Of a stretch of DNA of 64,000 nucleotides, positions 25,351 through 37,725 are shown in pieces. Position numbers and translations under genes: made by a program. The notes below the pieces were generated by a model that saw only the letters and a list, made by a program, of their open reading frames with translations, was not told the DNA's origin and made no database searches. The DNA comes from Mobula hypostoma (lineage: Eukaryota): assembly GCF_963921235.1 (NCBI RefSeq), contig NC_086108.1:96536001-96600000 (forward strand), given 5' to 3'. The stretch's first letter is position 1, and every line of letters starts with the position of its first letter.

Positions 25351-26896
25351 TTTTTCTCTCTCCTCCTCCCCACCCACCCCTCCCTCCCTTCCCTCACCCA
25401 CCCCTCTCCACCCCACCCCCTCCCTGAGTTATTATTCCTCTCAACCCCATTCTCATGCCTCCTCCCCCTAACATTTGTCGCTCTTACTAATCAAGAACCT
25501 ATCAACCATAATGCTGCTTGACCCGCTGAATTCCTCCACCAGCTCATTTTCTGCTTCAGGTTCCAGCATCAATAGTCCCTTATGTCATTCATCTGACGAA
25601 GGGTTCCATATCTCTTTCCACAGACAGAGATATGTGCTGGCTGATCTGCTGAAAACTACCCAATTTTTTTTCTGCTTTTATCTCAGACTTTCAGTGTCTG
25701 CAGCTCTTTATTTTGATTTCCCTCTAACAAAGGGGCATAGCTTTAAGATGTGAGGGGAAAACATTAAAGGAATCTTAAGAGGCAAGTTATTTTTACAAAG
25801 ATGGCTATAGGCACCTGGAAAATGTTGTCAGAGATTGTGCAAGCAGGTAGAACAGCAATAATTAAATGGCACCTCCACAGGCACATGAACAGGCTGGGGA
25901 ACGGAGAGATATGGATCATGTGTAGGCAGATAGAATTAGTTTAAACTGGCATCATGGTTGGCAAAGACATTGTGGACCAAAAGACCTATCCTTATGTTCT
26001 ATGTTCTATACTAATCCAAGTTTTTTCTCCCCATGTTCCCAACTACACCGCAGGTTTCTCATAATTACTCATGCGCTGGGACAATTTACAATGGCCAGTT
26101 ACCTACTAATCTGTATATCTCCGGGACAGGAAAGCAAATGCTCGTGATCTCAGGGGGTTTCTGCAGTGAACGTACTGACAGGATTGGAGGTAAGGATTGC
26201 CCCTGGGTCACTGGAGTAGTGAGGCAGTAACTCTACTGATGTCACTGTGCTGGTCGTGTGGAGATGAACTGATCTCAACCCCGTGGGAGTGATTGGATAA
26301 CAAACTGGTTCTATAAAGCAGGAAACATCCGGACCTTGCTCTCTTCTTGCTGCTGACATCAGAAAGGAGGTACAGGAGCCTTAGGTCCCACACCACCAGG
26401 TTCAGGAACAGTTATTACCTCTCAACCATCAGGCTCCTGAACCAGAGTGGATAACGTCACTCACCCCAACACAACTGATTCCACAACCAATGGGCTCACT
26501 TTCCAAATGTTGACTCTTCATTTTTTTCCATCGATGCTGCCTGACCTGCTGAGTTCCTCCAGCATTTTGTGTGTGTTATTCTGTGAGGGTGGCTGCTAGG
26601 TTCATTGTCCTCTATCAACTATATAAACAATCGTGATTTGGGTATTAGATGTATCATTTACACATTCACAGCAATATTGTATCAGATATTGGGAAACAAA
26701 AATTGTGCAAATTCTTTGCAAATGAATGTCAGCAAAAGATTAGCATAAATGCATTTAAGGATAAGTTAGATAAACACCTAAGGAAGAAAAGGAAAAGAAA
26801 TATTGACAGTTTATTCCATTCCATAGATGTACCCAGGCCTGCTGAGTTCCTCCAGCATCTTGTGAGTGTTTCAAAGAATAACATTTGTAATATACA

Positions 26897-27597
26897 TGTA
26901 GCCCCCGCCCCCCCACCAGCCCCAGGGTCGCTCGGCTCACTGTCTTCTAGGGAAACAGCCCTTGGCCCTGGCAAACTGGGTAATTAGTTTGTGTGGATGC
27001 TGTGTGATGTACCCCACCCCACCCAAATAACAGACAATACACCAGATATGATTAAGTAATTTACAGTTTATAGATATTACTGGAACTATATATTTAATAG
27101 AGAATAAAATATAAAAGGAAAATAAAAGGTGCCACACTTATCAAAGTTCAGTCTCTTCGTGCACATACAGTTGGAGCTCTGGACCCTTCTTCACCTGGCG
27201 ACCCCTCGGACCACCTCAACTGGCCACCTGGGACCAACAACAGTGGTAGACCAGACGCTCCACACAAGTCCGTCTCCGTCTCCCCTCCTCACCGAACGCC
27301 CCGCTCGGGGTCCAACCCCATTAGCGGACTCACAGCACCTGCTCCATCCTCTGTCTCTCTCTCCCGCCTTCTGCCCCAAAACCCCGCGCGTACAATATCT
27401 TCAGACACACCAAAAGCATAACAACTATCACAATTGGTTCATTCATCCTCATATCAGTAGATAATACAAAACAACCTGCTAGCGGGAAGGACTTTCTCAG
27501 CGTTTAACATAACAAAGAAGCATTCCCAAGTATAACATAACAAAGAAGCTATTTTAATTAGCCTACACAGTAACATAAAAGACAAAACCCCCTTACA
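26897..27597. mobile_element. Solo LTR (701 bp)
   Basis: TGTAG...TTACA termini; 4-bp TSD TACA (26893-26896, 27598-27601). Confidence 0.82.
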
Positions 27598-28631
27598 TAC
27601 ACAAAATGCTGGATGAATACAGTAGGTCAGGCAGCATCTACTCTGTGTGTGAGCCTCAGAATTACAAGGACATCCCCTTTAGAACAGAGTTTACGATGAA
27701 ATTCTTTAGCCAGATTCATTGCCACAGATGGCTGTGGAGGCCAGGTTATTGGGTAAAATTTAACACGGAGCTTGATATGTTCATGATTATTAAGGGTGTT
27801 GAAGGTTGAGAAGGATAATAAATCAGGCATGATAGAATGGCAGAAGAGTCTCAATGGGCGAAATGGCCTATTTCTGCTCTCTTGTCTTAAGGAAGAAAAG
27901 GAGATGTTGACTGTTTATTCCCCTCCAAATGCTGAGTTCCACTGGCATTTTGTGTGTGTTGCAAAGGAAAAGAAATGAAAGGTGTATACTGGTGAAATGA
28001 ATTGCCTGTTTCCTTGCTGAAAAGTAATAACTCACGAAATTTTGTTTTGTGGGTTGTGCTGACTTGCTGCTGGTACAAAATAATTACCGTCTCTGCTGGA
28101 ACTAATTTCTCCTTATAGAGAGAGGACTAATAGCAACACTACAAAAGTTACAAATCGGTACAGGCCCAGTGAAAAAATCTAGAAGGAATTTCTGTCTTCC
28201 AAGTTTGTCATTCAGATGTCGGGTTCAATGAAAACATAACTCCAGCTGTTTCCACTACAGAAACATAATTTTCTAAAAAAAGTAATGTAAACTTCCTGGT
28301 TGTTATCCTCACGGGTAATCAAAACATCACCACTCTCTACAAGCACTAAACAAACAAAGTGCGGGGTGAAAATGATGTTGAATGGTGCAAAAACAAGGTT
28401 GTGAAAGAACAAAAATGGGAACAGCTGGAACTGCAAAGCAAACTTGCCAGCATTGGGGGGAAAAGTTATACTAATGCTCTGATTGCAGCCTTCATTCAGG
28501 GTTTGTCCTTCAGAAATTAACTCTTCCCACTGTTTAAAACGCTATCGGATCTGTTCTGTTCCAGATTTCCAGTATTTGTGCTTCACTTTGATACCACTCA
28601 ATATCTGGTAACTGGTAACTTAAGTTACATA

Positions 28632-29185
28632 CATCCAGTGGCCACTGTATTAGGTATCTCCAGTAGCTAATAAAGTGGTCACCGAGTGTGTGTTCATGGT
28701 TCTCTGCTGCTGTAGCCCATCATCTTCAAAGTTCGACGTGTTGTGCTCACAAAGATGTTCTTCTGCACAGCACTGCTGGAACATGTGGTTGTTTGAGTTA
28801 CTGTCGCCTTCCTGTCAGACTGAACCAGTATGGCCATTCTCCCCTGACCTCTGTCATTAACAAGGCATTTTTGCCCTTAGAACTGTTGTTTACTGGATGT
28901 TTTTTTTCCTCACAACATTCTCTGGAAATTCTAGAGACTGTTGTGTATGAAAATACAAGGAGATCAGCATTTCTGAGATACTCAAACCACCCGATCCGGC
29001 ATCAACAATCTTTGCGGTCAAAGTCACTTTGATCACATTTCTTTCCCATTCTGATGTTAGGTCTGAACCTCTTGACTATGTCTAAATGTTTTTATGGATT
29101 GAGTTGCTGTCACATGATTGGCTGATTAGATATTTGCATTAATGAGCAGGTGTACAGGTGTACCTAATAAAGTGACAACTGAGTG
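28632..29185. mobile_element. Tc1-like MITE
   Basis: TIR of the cactcagtggccactttattaggtac type, flanked by TA. Confidence 0.75.
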
Positions 29186-30389
29186 TAGATCTTATTCTTT
29201 AAAGGATTGTAAAAAAAATGCTTTGGGGTAGCATTGTTAAGATATACTTTGAGTAACGTTCTTTCTTTTTATTCCACAGTTTTTCCAAAGCCTAAATTGC
29301 CAAAGACTGCAGATGTGAAACTGACTGAACTATATGGCCTCAGATTTTTTGTTTAAAAATTCCTCACCATTAAATGTGAACTTCCAATCGGGTTTCCTCA
29401 ATAGTATTTATTGTTCCTTACACAAGAGGGTTGAAATAATGACCTCATGGAATGGGACTAAAATTCAGCTCTAGCATTTATATGACACAGCTCAAATTCA
29501 AGCTTTAGGCTCTATGCCAAAGTATTTCTCTATACTTAATTTAATACTGTAGTTTTGAGTGTAAGTATGTGTTTAATAAAAGAAACCAGTAAATAGTTAA
29601 ACATACTTTATTTTTATTCACCTGTGTTAATTATTTCATTGCCCGTAGGACTTCCTATCTCTGCTACTACAATTTCATTTATTTTCTTGACTTTCTCAAA
29701 TGAAATGGTAACAAACAGAGTAACAGAACCATCTGTATTACATTACTGTTTGTTTTTTGACCTGGAGTTTCGTCACCTCCTGTTGAGGCTTGCTTGCTTC
29801 AGTTGTGACAGTTATCTCTTGATGATCTTTCCTTGTGTGTGTTTCAGGAGCCTCTTTCTTGAGCAGATTTGCTCATTTTTCTATGGCCAGGAGTATCTTC
29901 CGCGTATGCGCTCTCTGTAGGCTGCCAATGACATGGTGCACCATGAAAGGACAAAAAATTTGCTTTCACACATTTAATGGCATTGTTCTCCAGAGCCATC
30001 TATTGTTTCTTTCCCTTCTCTGTTTTATGGAGGCTTACTGTCTCTATTTGTGACAGCCACTTTCGATTTGTCCTAAAGAAGGGTCTCGGCCCGAAACATC
30101 GGCTGCCTATTCACTTCCATGGACGCTGTCTGACCTGCTGAGTTCCTCCTGCATTTTGTGAAAATCACAGGTAAAGCTTGAAATATGAGGCTTGCCATGA
30201 TTTTTAGCGACACTCAACATCAACAGGGTGTGCTATGGTTCACATGCAGGTCGATGTGACTAGGCAGAATAACAGTTCAGCATGGACTAGATGGGCTAAA
30301 GGGCCTGTTTCTATGCTGTAGTGCTCCATGGCTCTGACTTTATAAATAATGCATAAAAATCTGCGTGAATAAAAATAACGAAAAACATC

Positions 30390-30928
30390 CACTCCGTGGC
30401 CACTTTACTAGGTACACCTGTACACCTTCTCGTTAATGCAAATATCTAATCAGCCAGTCGTGGCAGCAACTCAATGCATGAAAGCATTCAGACATGGTCA
30501 AGAGGTTCAGCTGTTGTTCAGATCAAACATCAGAATGGGGAAGAAATGTGATCTAAGTGACTAATCATGGAATGATTGTTGGCGCCAGACAGAGTAGTTT
30601 GAGCATCTCAGAATCTGCTGATCTCCTGGGATTTTCATGCACAGATCTCTAGAGTTTGCAGAGAATAGTGTGAAAAAGACAAAGAAAAATCCAGTGAGTA
30701 GCAGTTTTTTGGGCAAAAATGCCTTGCTAATGACAGGGATCAGAAGAGAAGGGCCAGACTGTTTCAAACTGACAGGAAGGGGACAGTAACTCACATAGCC
30801 GCACGTTACAACTGTGGTGTGCAGAAGAGCATCTCTGAACACACAAAACGTTAAGCTTTGAAGCTGATAGGCAGCAGCAACAGAAGGCCACGGACATACA
30901 TACACTCAGTGGCCACTTTACTAGGTGC
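30390..30928. mobile_element. Second Tc1-like MITE copy, inverted relative to the first
   Basis: Reverse complement of the 28632-29185 internal sequence; same TIR. Confidence 0.75.
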
Positions 30929-31574
30929 CTAGACAGAGTATTTGCTGCTTTGACATTGATTAGATGAATTGTTTCATCGATGTTTTAAAGATAAAGTTTA
31001 ACTTTATTTGCCAAGTATACATCGAAGCATGCAATGAAGTGTGTCATTTGCATCAACGGCCAATACAGTGCGAGAATTGTCCTGGGGCCAGCCCTTTAAG
31101 TGCTGCCATATATCTAGCATCAACACAGCCTGCGTACAACTTACGAACCCTGACTAACCAATATGTCTTTGGAACACGGGATGAAACCCAAGCAGCCGGA
31201 GAAAACTCACGCAGAAACAGGGAGAATGTACAAGCCCCTTACAGAGAGCAGCTATAGCTGGCATTGTAAATGTTATGCTAACTGTTACGCTACTGCGCTG
31301 CCTTTTACAGAAAGGACAGTCCATCAGCCCCTCTGGCATTTGTCAAGATGGCCAGATGACCTTGTATGGACACAGTACTTGTACTTTCTCCCCTCCTTGG
31401 GAATGGCTAGCTTTCACCAGCTGTCTTTCTAAAATGTAAACAAGATTCTTACATTGGAATGAACCAAATACCTAAAAACCTAAGTTTCAGATTAGAAGAT
31501 AAACCTGCTCTCTCCTTTACCACTCAACAATATTCTCTCTTGAATGTGGAAGTACATTATCTACATTTCCACAG

Positions 31575-31825
31575 AAAATCAAAGAAAAACTGCGGGTGCT
31601 AGAAATCTGAAACAGAAAAAGAAAAGGCTGGAAACATGCAGCAAGTCAACAAGTACCTGCAGAAACAGAAACAGTTAATGTTTCAGATCTGCAATCGCTC
31701 ATCAGAATTGGGGAAATGTTGCCAATTCTGATGAAAGATCCTGGTCTTTAAACATTAATTATACCTCTTTGCACAGATACTGCTGGGCCCGCTGAATGTT
31801 TACAGCTTTTTCTGCTTTCAGATTC
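31575..31825. mobile_element. Old Penelope-derived fold-back with head-to-head hammerhead-like cores
   Basis: Perfect 13-bp inverted arms tcatcagaattgg / ccaattctgatga (31699-31711, 31722-31734) with degenerate outer arms. Confidence 0.65.
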
Positions 31826-32109
31826 TGTCAACCTTAATTCCATAATTACCTCCTTAATCTAAATTTTCAAAATTTTAAATATTTCACATTATGTTTGGCT
31901 TCAAGGCAGTGAAATTAATCATTTCATGCTTTTATTTTACTCTGTTACAAAGCAATATCCCAAGTGCTTATGTTTGGAAAGTTCTTGTTCTATTTTAAAA
32001 TTCTTTCTGAGCATATTACTTGACAGGCCAGTTGAAATATTAGTGAAGAAATGCTCAAACTGGCAAGTGAATCAAAAATTTATTTTTGTCGCGGTTTTAT
32101 TAAAATGTA

Positions 32110-32375
32110 TTACTGTAGCGTAGCGGTTAGTGCAGTACTGTCACAGCTCTGCAATTGGAGTTTGGAGTTCAGTTCCGGTGCTGTTTGTATGTTCTCCCCG
32201 AGACCGTGTGGGTTTATTTGTGGTCCTCCTGCAGCCCAAAGACATACTGGTTAGTAGGCTAATTGGTCATTGTAAATTGTCCTGTGATTTAGGCTGGTGT
32301 TAAATATGTGGGTGCTGGACAGTTTGGCCGATTGGGCTGGTAGGGTCTGTTCCACACATTATCTCTAAATAAACA
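32110..32375 (+). mobile_element. tRNA-derived SINE
   Basis: A-box-like tagcgtagcggtt, B-box-like ggagttcagttcc, tgtatgttctcccc...tgggttt core, A-rich tail. Confidence 0.7.
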
Positions 32376-32395
32376 AACTAAATTAAAAACTTAAA

Positions 32396-33451
32396 CAACA
32401 CACACAAAAAATGCTGGTGAATACAGCAGGCCAGGCAGCATCTCTAGGAAGAGGTACAGTCGATGTTTCGGGCCGAGACCCTTCGTCAGGACTAACTGAA
32501 AGAAGAGATAGTAAGAGATTTGAAAGTGGGAGGGGGAGATCGGAAATGATAGGAGAAGACAGGAGGGGGAGGGATGGAGCCAAGAGCTGGCCAGGTGATT
32601 GGCAAAAGGGATATGAGAGGATCATGGGACAGGAGGCCTAGGGAGAAAGAAAGGGGGGGGGGAAGCCCAGAGGATGGGCAAGGAGTATAGTGAGAGGGAC
32701 AGAGAGAGAAAAAGGAGAGAGAGAGAGAGAGAGAGAGAATTAATAATAATAAATAAATAAATAATGGATGGGGTACGAGGGGGAGGTGGGGCATTAACGG
32801 AAGTTAGAGAAGTCAATATTCATGCCATCAGGTTGGAGGCTACCCAGACGGAATATAAGGTGTTGTTCCTCCAACCTGAGTGTGGCTTGGCATTTTAATT
32901 CTACATCCCATTCCCATTCTAATATGTCTATCCACGGCCTCCTCTACTGTCAAGATGAAGCCACACTCCGGTTGGAGGAACAACACCTTATATTCCGTCT
33001 GGGTAGCCTCCAACCTGATGGCATGAACACTGACTTCTCTAACTTCCATTAATGCCCCACCTCCCCCTCGTACCCCATCCGTTATTTATTTATTTATTTA
33101 TTATTATTAATTATTTCTCTCTTCTTTTTCTCCTTCTGTCCCTCTCACTATACTCCTTGCCTATCCTCTGGGCTTCCCCCCTCCTCCTTTCTTTCTCCCT
33201 AGGCCTCCTGTCCCATGATCCGCTCATATCCCATTTGTCTATCAACTTCCCAGCTCTTGGCTCCATCCCTCCCCCTCCTGTCTTCTCCTATCATTTTGGA
33301 TCTCCTCCTCCCCCTCCCACTTTCAAATCTCTTACTAACTCTTCTTTCAGTTAGTCCTGACGAAGGGTCTTGGCCCGAAACATCGAGTGTACTTCTTCCT
33401 AGGGATGCTGCCTGGCCTGCTGTGTTCACCAGCATTTTTTGTGTGTGTTGC
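32396..33451. mobile_element. Penelope-like element 3' end with inverted duplication (two divergent hammerhead-bearing arms)
   Basis: GIY-YIG C-terminus HFNSTSHSHSNMSIHGLLYCQDEATLRLEEQHLIFRLGSLQPDGMN; 13-bp TSD TTAAAAACTTAAA (32383-32395, 33452-33464). Confidence 0.9.
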
Positions 33452-33939
33452 TTAAAAACTTAAATGCAGGCAACCAAGATTATGCATCAATTTAACCATT
33501 ATACGTTTGTTGGTGCTTGATCAAACTATACCAGAGGTGGGGATTTTAACAAAGCTGAAAAAAAAGCAATAAGACTTTAAACCAAAGTTTTATTTTCCTC
33601 TTCTGGTAGAGGTGACATGTTTCCTAGTAGCACATACAAAGGTTTCCATTGGGTTTCCCCCTGCATCACAAAGAAAAGCTGGCAAATTGTAAATTGTCCT
33701 TTGTGTACGTGAGGCAGGAAGAGTGGAGGGAGTTGATGAGCAAGTGAGAGGAAATAGATAAGAATGGAGATAAGTGGGGGAGAGGGGAAGGTCAACTGAA
33801 GTGAATGCTCTGAGTGCATGCATTGACTTTCAGCAAAATGGCCTCCTATGTATTAAGGAAATAGTAACTAAATGAATTACTTCTAAGGAGAGCAGGGAAT
33901 TTTTACAGTTTCCTAGTCAGTTTTTATTCCATACTTACC

Positions 33940-34102
33940 ACCCATTTTAACTCTACTTCCCATTCTCATTCTGACATGTCAGTCCATGACCTCCCTCACT
34001 GCCGCCATGAGACCACACTCAGGTTGGAGGAGCAACACCTTATATTCTGTTCTGGGTAGCCTCCAACCTGATGGCATGAACATCGATTTCTCAAACTTCC
34101 AG
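33940..34102 (+). mobile_element. Penelope-like GIY-YIG C-terminal fragment
   Basis: Homologous to 32890-33050. Confidence 0.75.
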
Positions 34103-34104
34103 TT

Positions 34105-36712
34105 ACTCAAAAGTTCAAAGTAGAATTTATTATCAGAGTACACACATGTCACTGCATACAACCCCGAGAATCTTTATCCTGTGGGCATACTCAACAAATC
34201 TATAGAATAATAACTGTAAACAGGATCATTGAAAGAGCAAGAGCACAGAAGACAACAAACTGTTGAAGTGCAAATATAAATAAATAGCAGCAAATAATGA
34301 GAGCATGAAATAACAAGATAAAGCGTCCTTAAAATGAGATCATCAGTTTGTGGGAATATCTTAATAGATGAGTGCAATTATCCTCTTTTGTTCAAGAGAC
34401 TGACAGTTGAGGAGTAGATACTTTTCTTGAACCTGGTGGTGCAAGACCTGAGGCATTTCTACCTTCTGCCTGATGGCAGCGGTGAGAAAAGAGCATGGCC
34501 TGGGTGGTGAAGATCTTTGAATATAGATGCTGCTTTCCCATGACTGCGTTTCATGTAGATGTACTCAAGTTGGGAGGGCTTTACCTGTGATGTACTGGGC
34601 TGAATCCACTACCTTTTGTGGAATTTTCCACTCGACGGCGTTGGTGTTCCGATACTGGACCGTAATGCAGCCAATCAACACACTTTCCGCTACGCATCTA
34701 TAGAAGCTTGTCAAGGTTTTTGATAACATGCCGAAGCTCTGCAGACTCCTAAGGAAATAGAGGCACTGTCGTGCTTTCTTTGCAATTAAATTTTTATGAT
34801 GGGCGCAGGACAGGTCCTCTGAGATAGTGATACCTAGGAATTTAAAGTTACTGACCCTCTCCACCTCTGATCTTCTGATCCTCTGATCCTCTGATCAGAG
34901 CTAGCTCACGGACCTCTGGTTTCTCTCTCCTGAAGTCTACAAATAGTTCCTTGGCCTTGCCGACATTGAATGAGAGATGCTGTTATGTTACCACTCAGCC
35001 AAATTTTCCATCTTCCTCCTGTATCTTGATACATCACCACCTTTGATACAGCCCACAACAGTGGTGTCATCAGCAAACTTGAATATGGTGTTGGAGCTGT
35101 ACTTAGCCACACAGTCATGGGTGTAAAGCCAGTAGAGCAGGGGGATAAACACAAAGCCCTGTGGTGCACCAGTGCTGATGGAGATTGTGGAGGAAATGTT
35201 TTTGTCAATCCAAACTGACTGGGGTCTGCAAGTGAGGAAATCCAGTATACAATTGCACAAAGGGGTTATTGAGGCCTAGGTTTACTGATCAGTTTCGAGG
35301 TGATGATGGTAACAAATGCTGGCTGTAATTGATAAAGAGCATCCAGGTGTATGCATCTTTGTTGTCCAGATGTTCCAGGGTTGTGTGAAGAGCCAACAAG
35401 ATGGAGTCTGCTGTGGACCTGTTGCTTTGGTAGGCAAATTGGAGTGGATCCAAGTCACCATTAAAAGAGGAGCTGATATGTTTCAGCACCAGCCTCTCAA
35501 AACATTTCACCACTGTGGATGTAAGTGCCACTGGGCAATAGTCATTGAGGAAGGTCACCATGCTCTTCTTGGGGACCAGTGTGATCGAAGCCTGATTGAA
35601 GTAGGTGAGTACCATGCACTGCCAAAGCAAGAGACTGAAAATATCCATGAAAACATCAGGCAGTTGGTCAGCACAGGTCTTCAGTACTCGCCAGGTACTC
35701 CTTGGATTGGATGCTTTCCTTGGATTCACCCTCTTGAAGGCAGCCCATGCATCATCTTCAGATACTGAGACCAAAGGAACATTGGGGATGTAGGGGTGTG
35801 TGATGGTTCCTCCATGTTCTGGTGGTCAAATCAAGCATAGAAGGCATTGAGCTCATCTGGAAGCAAAGCTCTACTGTTCCCCATGGCACTTGACTTAACT
35901 TTGTTGGAGGTGATGGCATTCAAACCCTGCCACAGCTGTTGAGCATCCCTCGTTGATTCCAGTCTAGTCCAAAATCTCCACTTTGCCTGTGAGATGGCTT
36001 TCTGGACATCATATCTGCACAACACACACAAAATGCTGGAGGAACTCAGCAGACTAGGCAGCATCTATGGACAAGAGTACAGTTGCCATCGTGGGCCAAG
36101 ATGAAGGGTCTTGGCCTGAAACGCCAGCTGTTCTCTTTTCCATAGATGCTGCCTGGCCTGCTGAGTTCCTCCAGCATTTTGTGTGTGTTGCTTGGATTTC
36201 CAGCATCTGCAGATTTTCTCTTGTTCATCATATCTGCACCTGTTGTAGCATTCTTGATCTCCAGACTTGAATGTCTCTAACCTGGCCCTCAGCAAATTCC
36301 AGATTTTATGGTTCATATAGGGCTTCTGATTGGGAAAGACACTGAATGACTTCATGGGGACGCACTCATGACAGTTGCTTTAATAAAGTCTGTTACCCTG
36401 GTGTAGTCATTCAGGTCCACAGATGAGTTCTTGAACACAGCCCTATCCACAAAGCAACCCTGTAGTCATTCCACTGTCTCCCATGGCCACCTTTTAGAAT
36501 CTCTGCAACTTTGCTTTTTGGCTTTGTCTATACGCAGGTAGAGCCAAATGATCTGACTTGCCAAAATACAGTCTGGGGATGGAACGATAGGCATTCCTTA
36601 TCATAGTGTAGCAGTGGTCTAGTGTGTTGGGACCTCTGGTGCAACAGTTTACATGCTGGTGATAACTGGGCAGAGTTTTCTTCAAACAGTCCTGGTTAGT
36701 CACTAACTGTAA
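34105..36712 (-). mobile_element. Decayed Rex1/Babar LINE
   Basis: ORFs 35289-35774, 34988-35260 and 34565-34864 with [20 protein letters not shown]. Confidence 0.88.
36021..36225. mobile_element. Penelope-derived fold-back insertion
   Basis: Inverted arms; 14-bp TSD CATCATATCTGCAC (36007-36020, 36226-36239). Confidence 0.85.
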
Positions 36713-36789
36713 TTTGAAATATATTGGGATGGGCTGTTTCTTGTCTGCAGACGACATTGTGCAGTGTTGTGAATGCTTTCTTATAGTTG

Positions 36790-37215
36790 GAATCTGGTGG
36801 TATATAATTTACCCCCCCCCTTCACCATTCCTCATTCATCTTTCCTTCTCTCACCCCTTACCTGCCCATTACTTCCCTCTGGTGCTCCTCCTCCTTCCCT
36901 TTCTTCCATGGTCTTCTATCCTCTCCTTCAGATTCCCCCTTCTTCAGCCCTTTATCTCTTTCACCAATCAACTTCCGAGCTCTTTACTTCCCCCCTCCCC
37001 CTCTCCTGGTTTCACCTATCATCTATTACCTTGTACTTCCTCCTCCCCTCCCCGCATCTTCTTATTTTGTCTTTCTAGTCCTGACGAAGGGTCTTAGCCC
37101 GAAATGTCAACTGTTCACTCTTTTCCATAGATGCTGTCTGGCCTGCTGAGGTCCTCCAGCAGTTCATTTGTGTCATTTTGGATTTTCAGCATCTGCAGTA
37201 TTTTCTTGTGTTTGT
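36790..37215 (+). mobile_element. Penelope-like 3' UTR copy with hammerhead core
   Basis: Pyrimidine tract followed by agtc-CTGACGA-aggg-tcttag-ccc-GAAA-tgtc (37077-37108). Confidence 0.8.
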
Positions 37216-37234
37216 GATACCACTAAGAACTGAT

Positions 37235-37725
37235 TGTTTTGCATTGGAGAGAGTCCAGAGGAGTTTCATGAGAATTATCCCAGGAATTAAAGGGTTAACA
37301 TATGTGGAGCGTTTGATAGTTCTGGGCTTGAACTCACTGGAGGGGGAAATCCCATTAAAACCTAATGAATATTGAAAGGCCAAGATAGAGTGGAAATGGA
37401 GAGGATGTTTCCTATTGTGAGGTAGTTTAAGACTAGAGGGCACAGTCCCAGAATACAAGGATGTCCCTTTAGAACAGAGATGAGGAGGAATTTCTTCAAC
37501 CAGGAGTGGTGAATCTGTGGAATTCATTGCCACAGACAGCTGTGGAGGTCACGTCACTGGGTATTTAAAGTAGAGTTTAATAGGTTCTTGATTAGTAAGG
37601 GCATCAAAGGTTATGGGCAAAGGCAAGAGAATGAGCTTGAGAAAGTTAATAAATCAACCATGATGAAATGGCAGAGTAAACTCATGGGCCGAATGGCCTA
37701 ATTCTGCTCTTATGTCTTATGGTTT
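37235..37725 (+). mobile_element. CR1 LINE 3' fragment
   Basis: LERVQR.F.R.IPG, TRGH, NFF.Q.VVNLWN motifs and tail. Confidence 0.8.
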
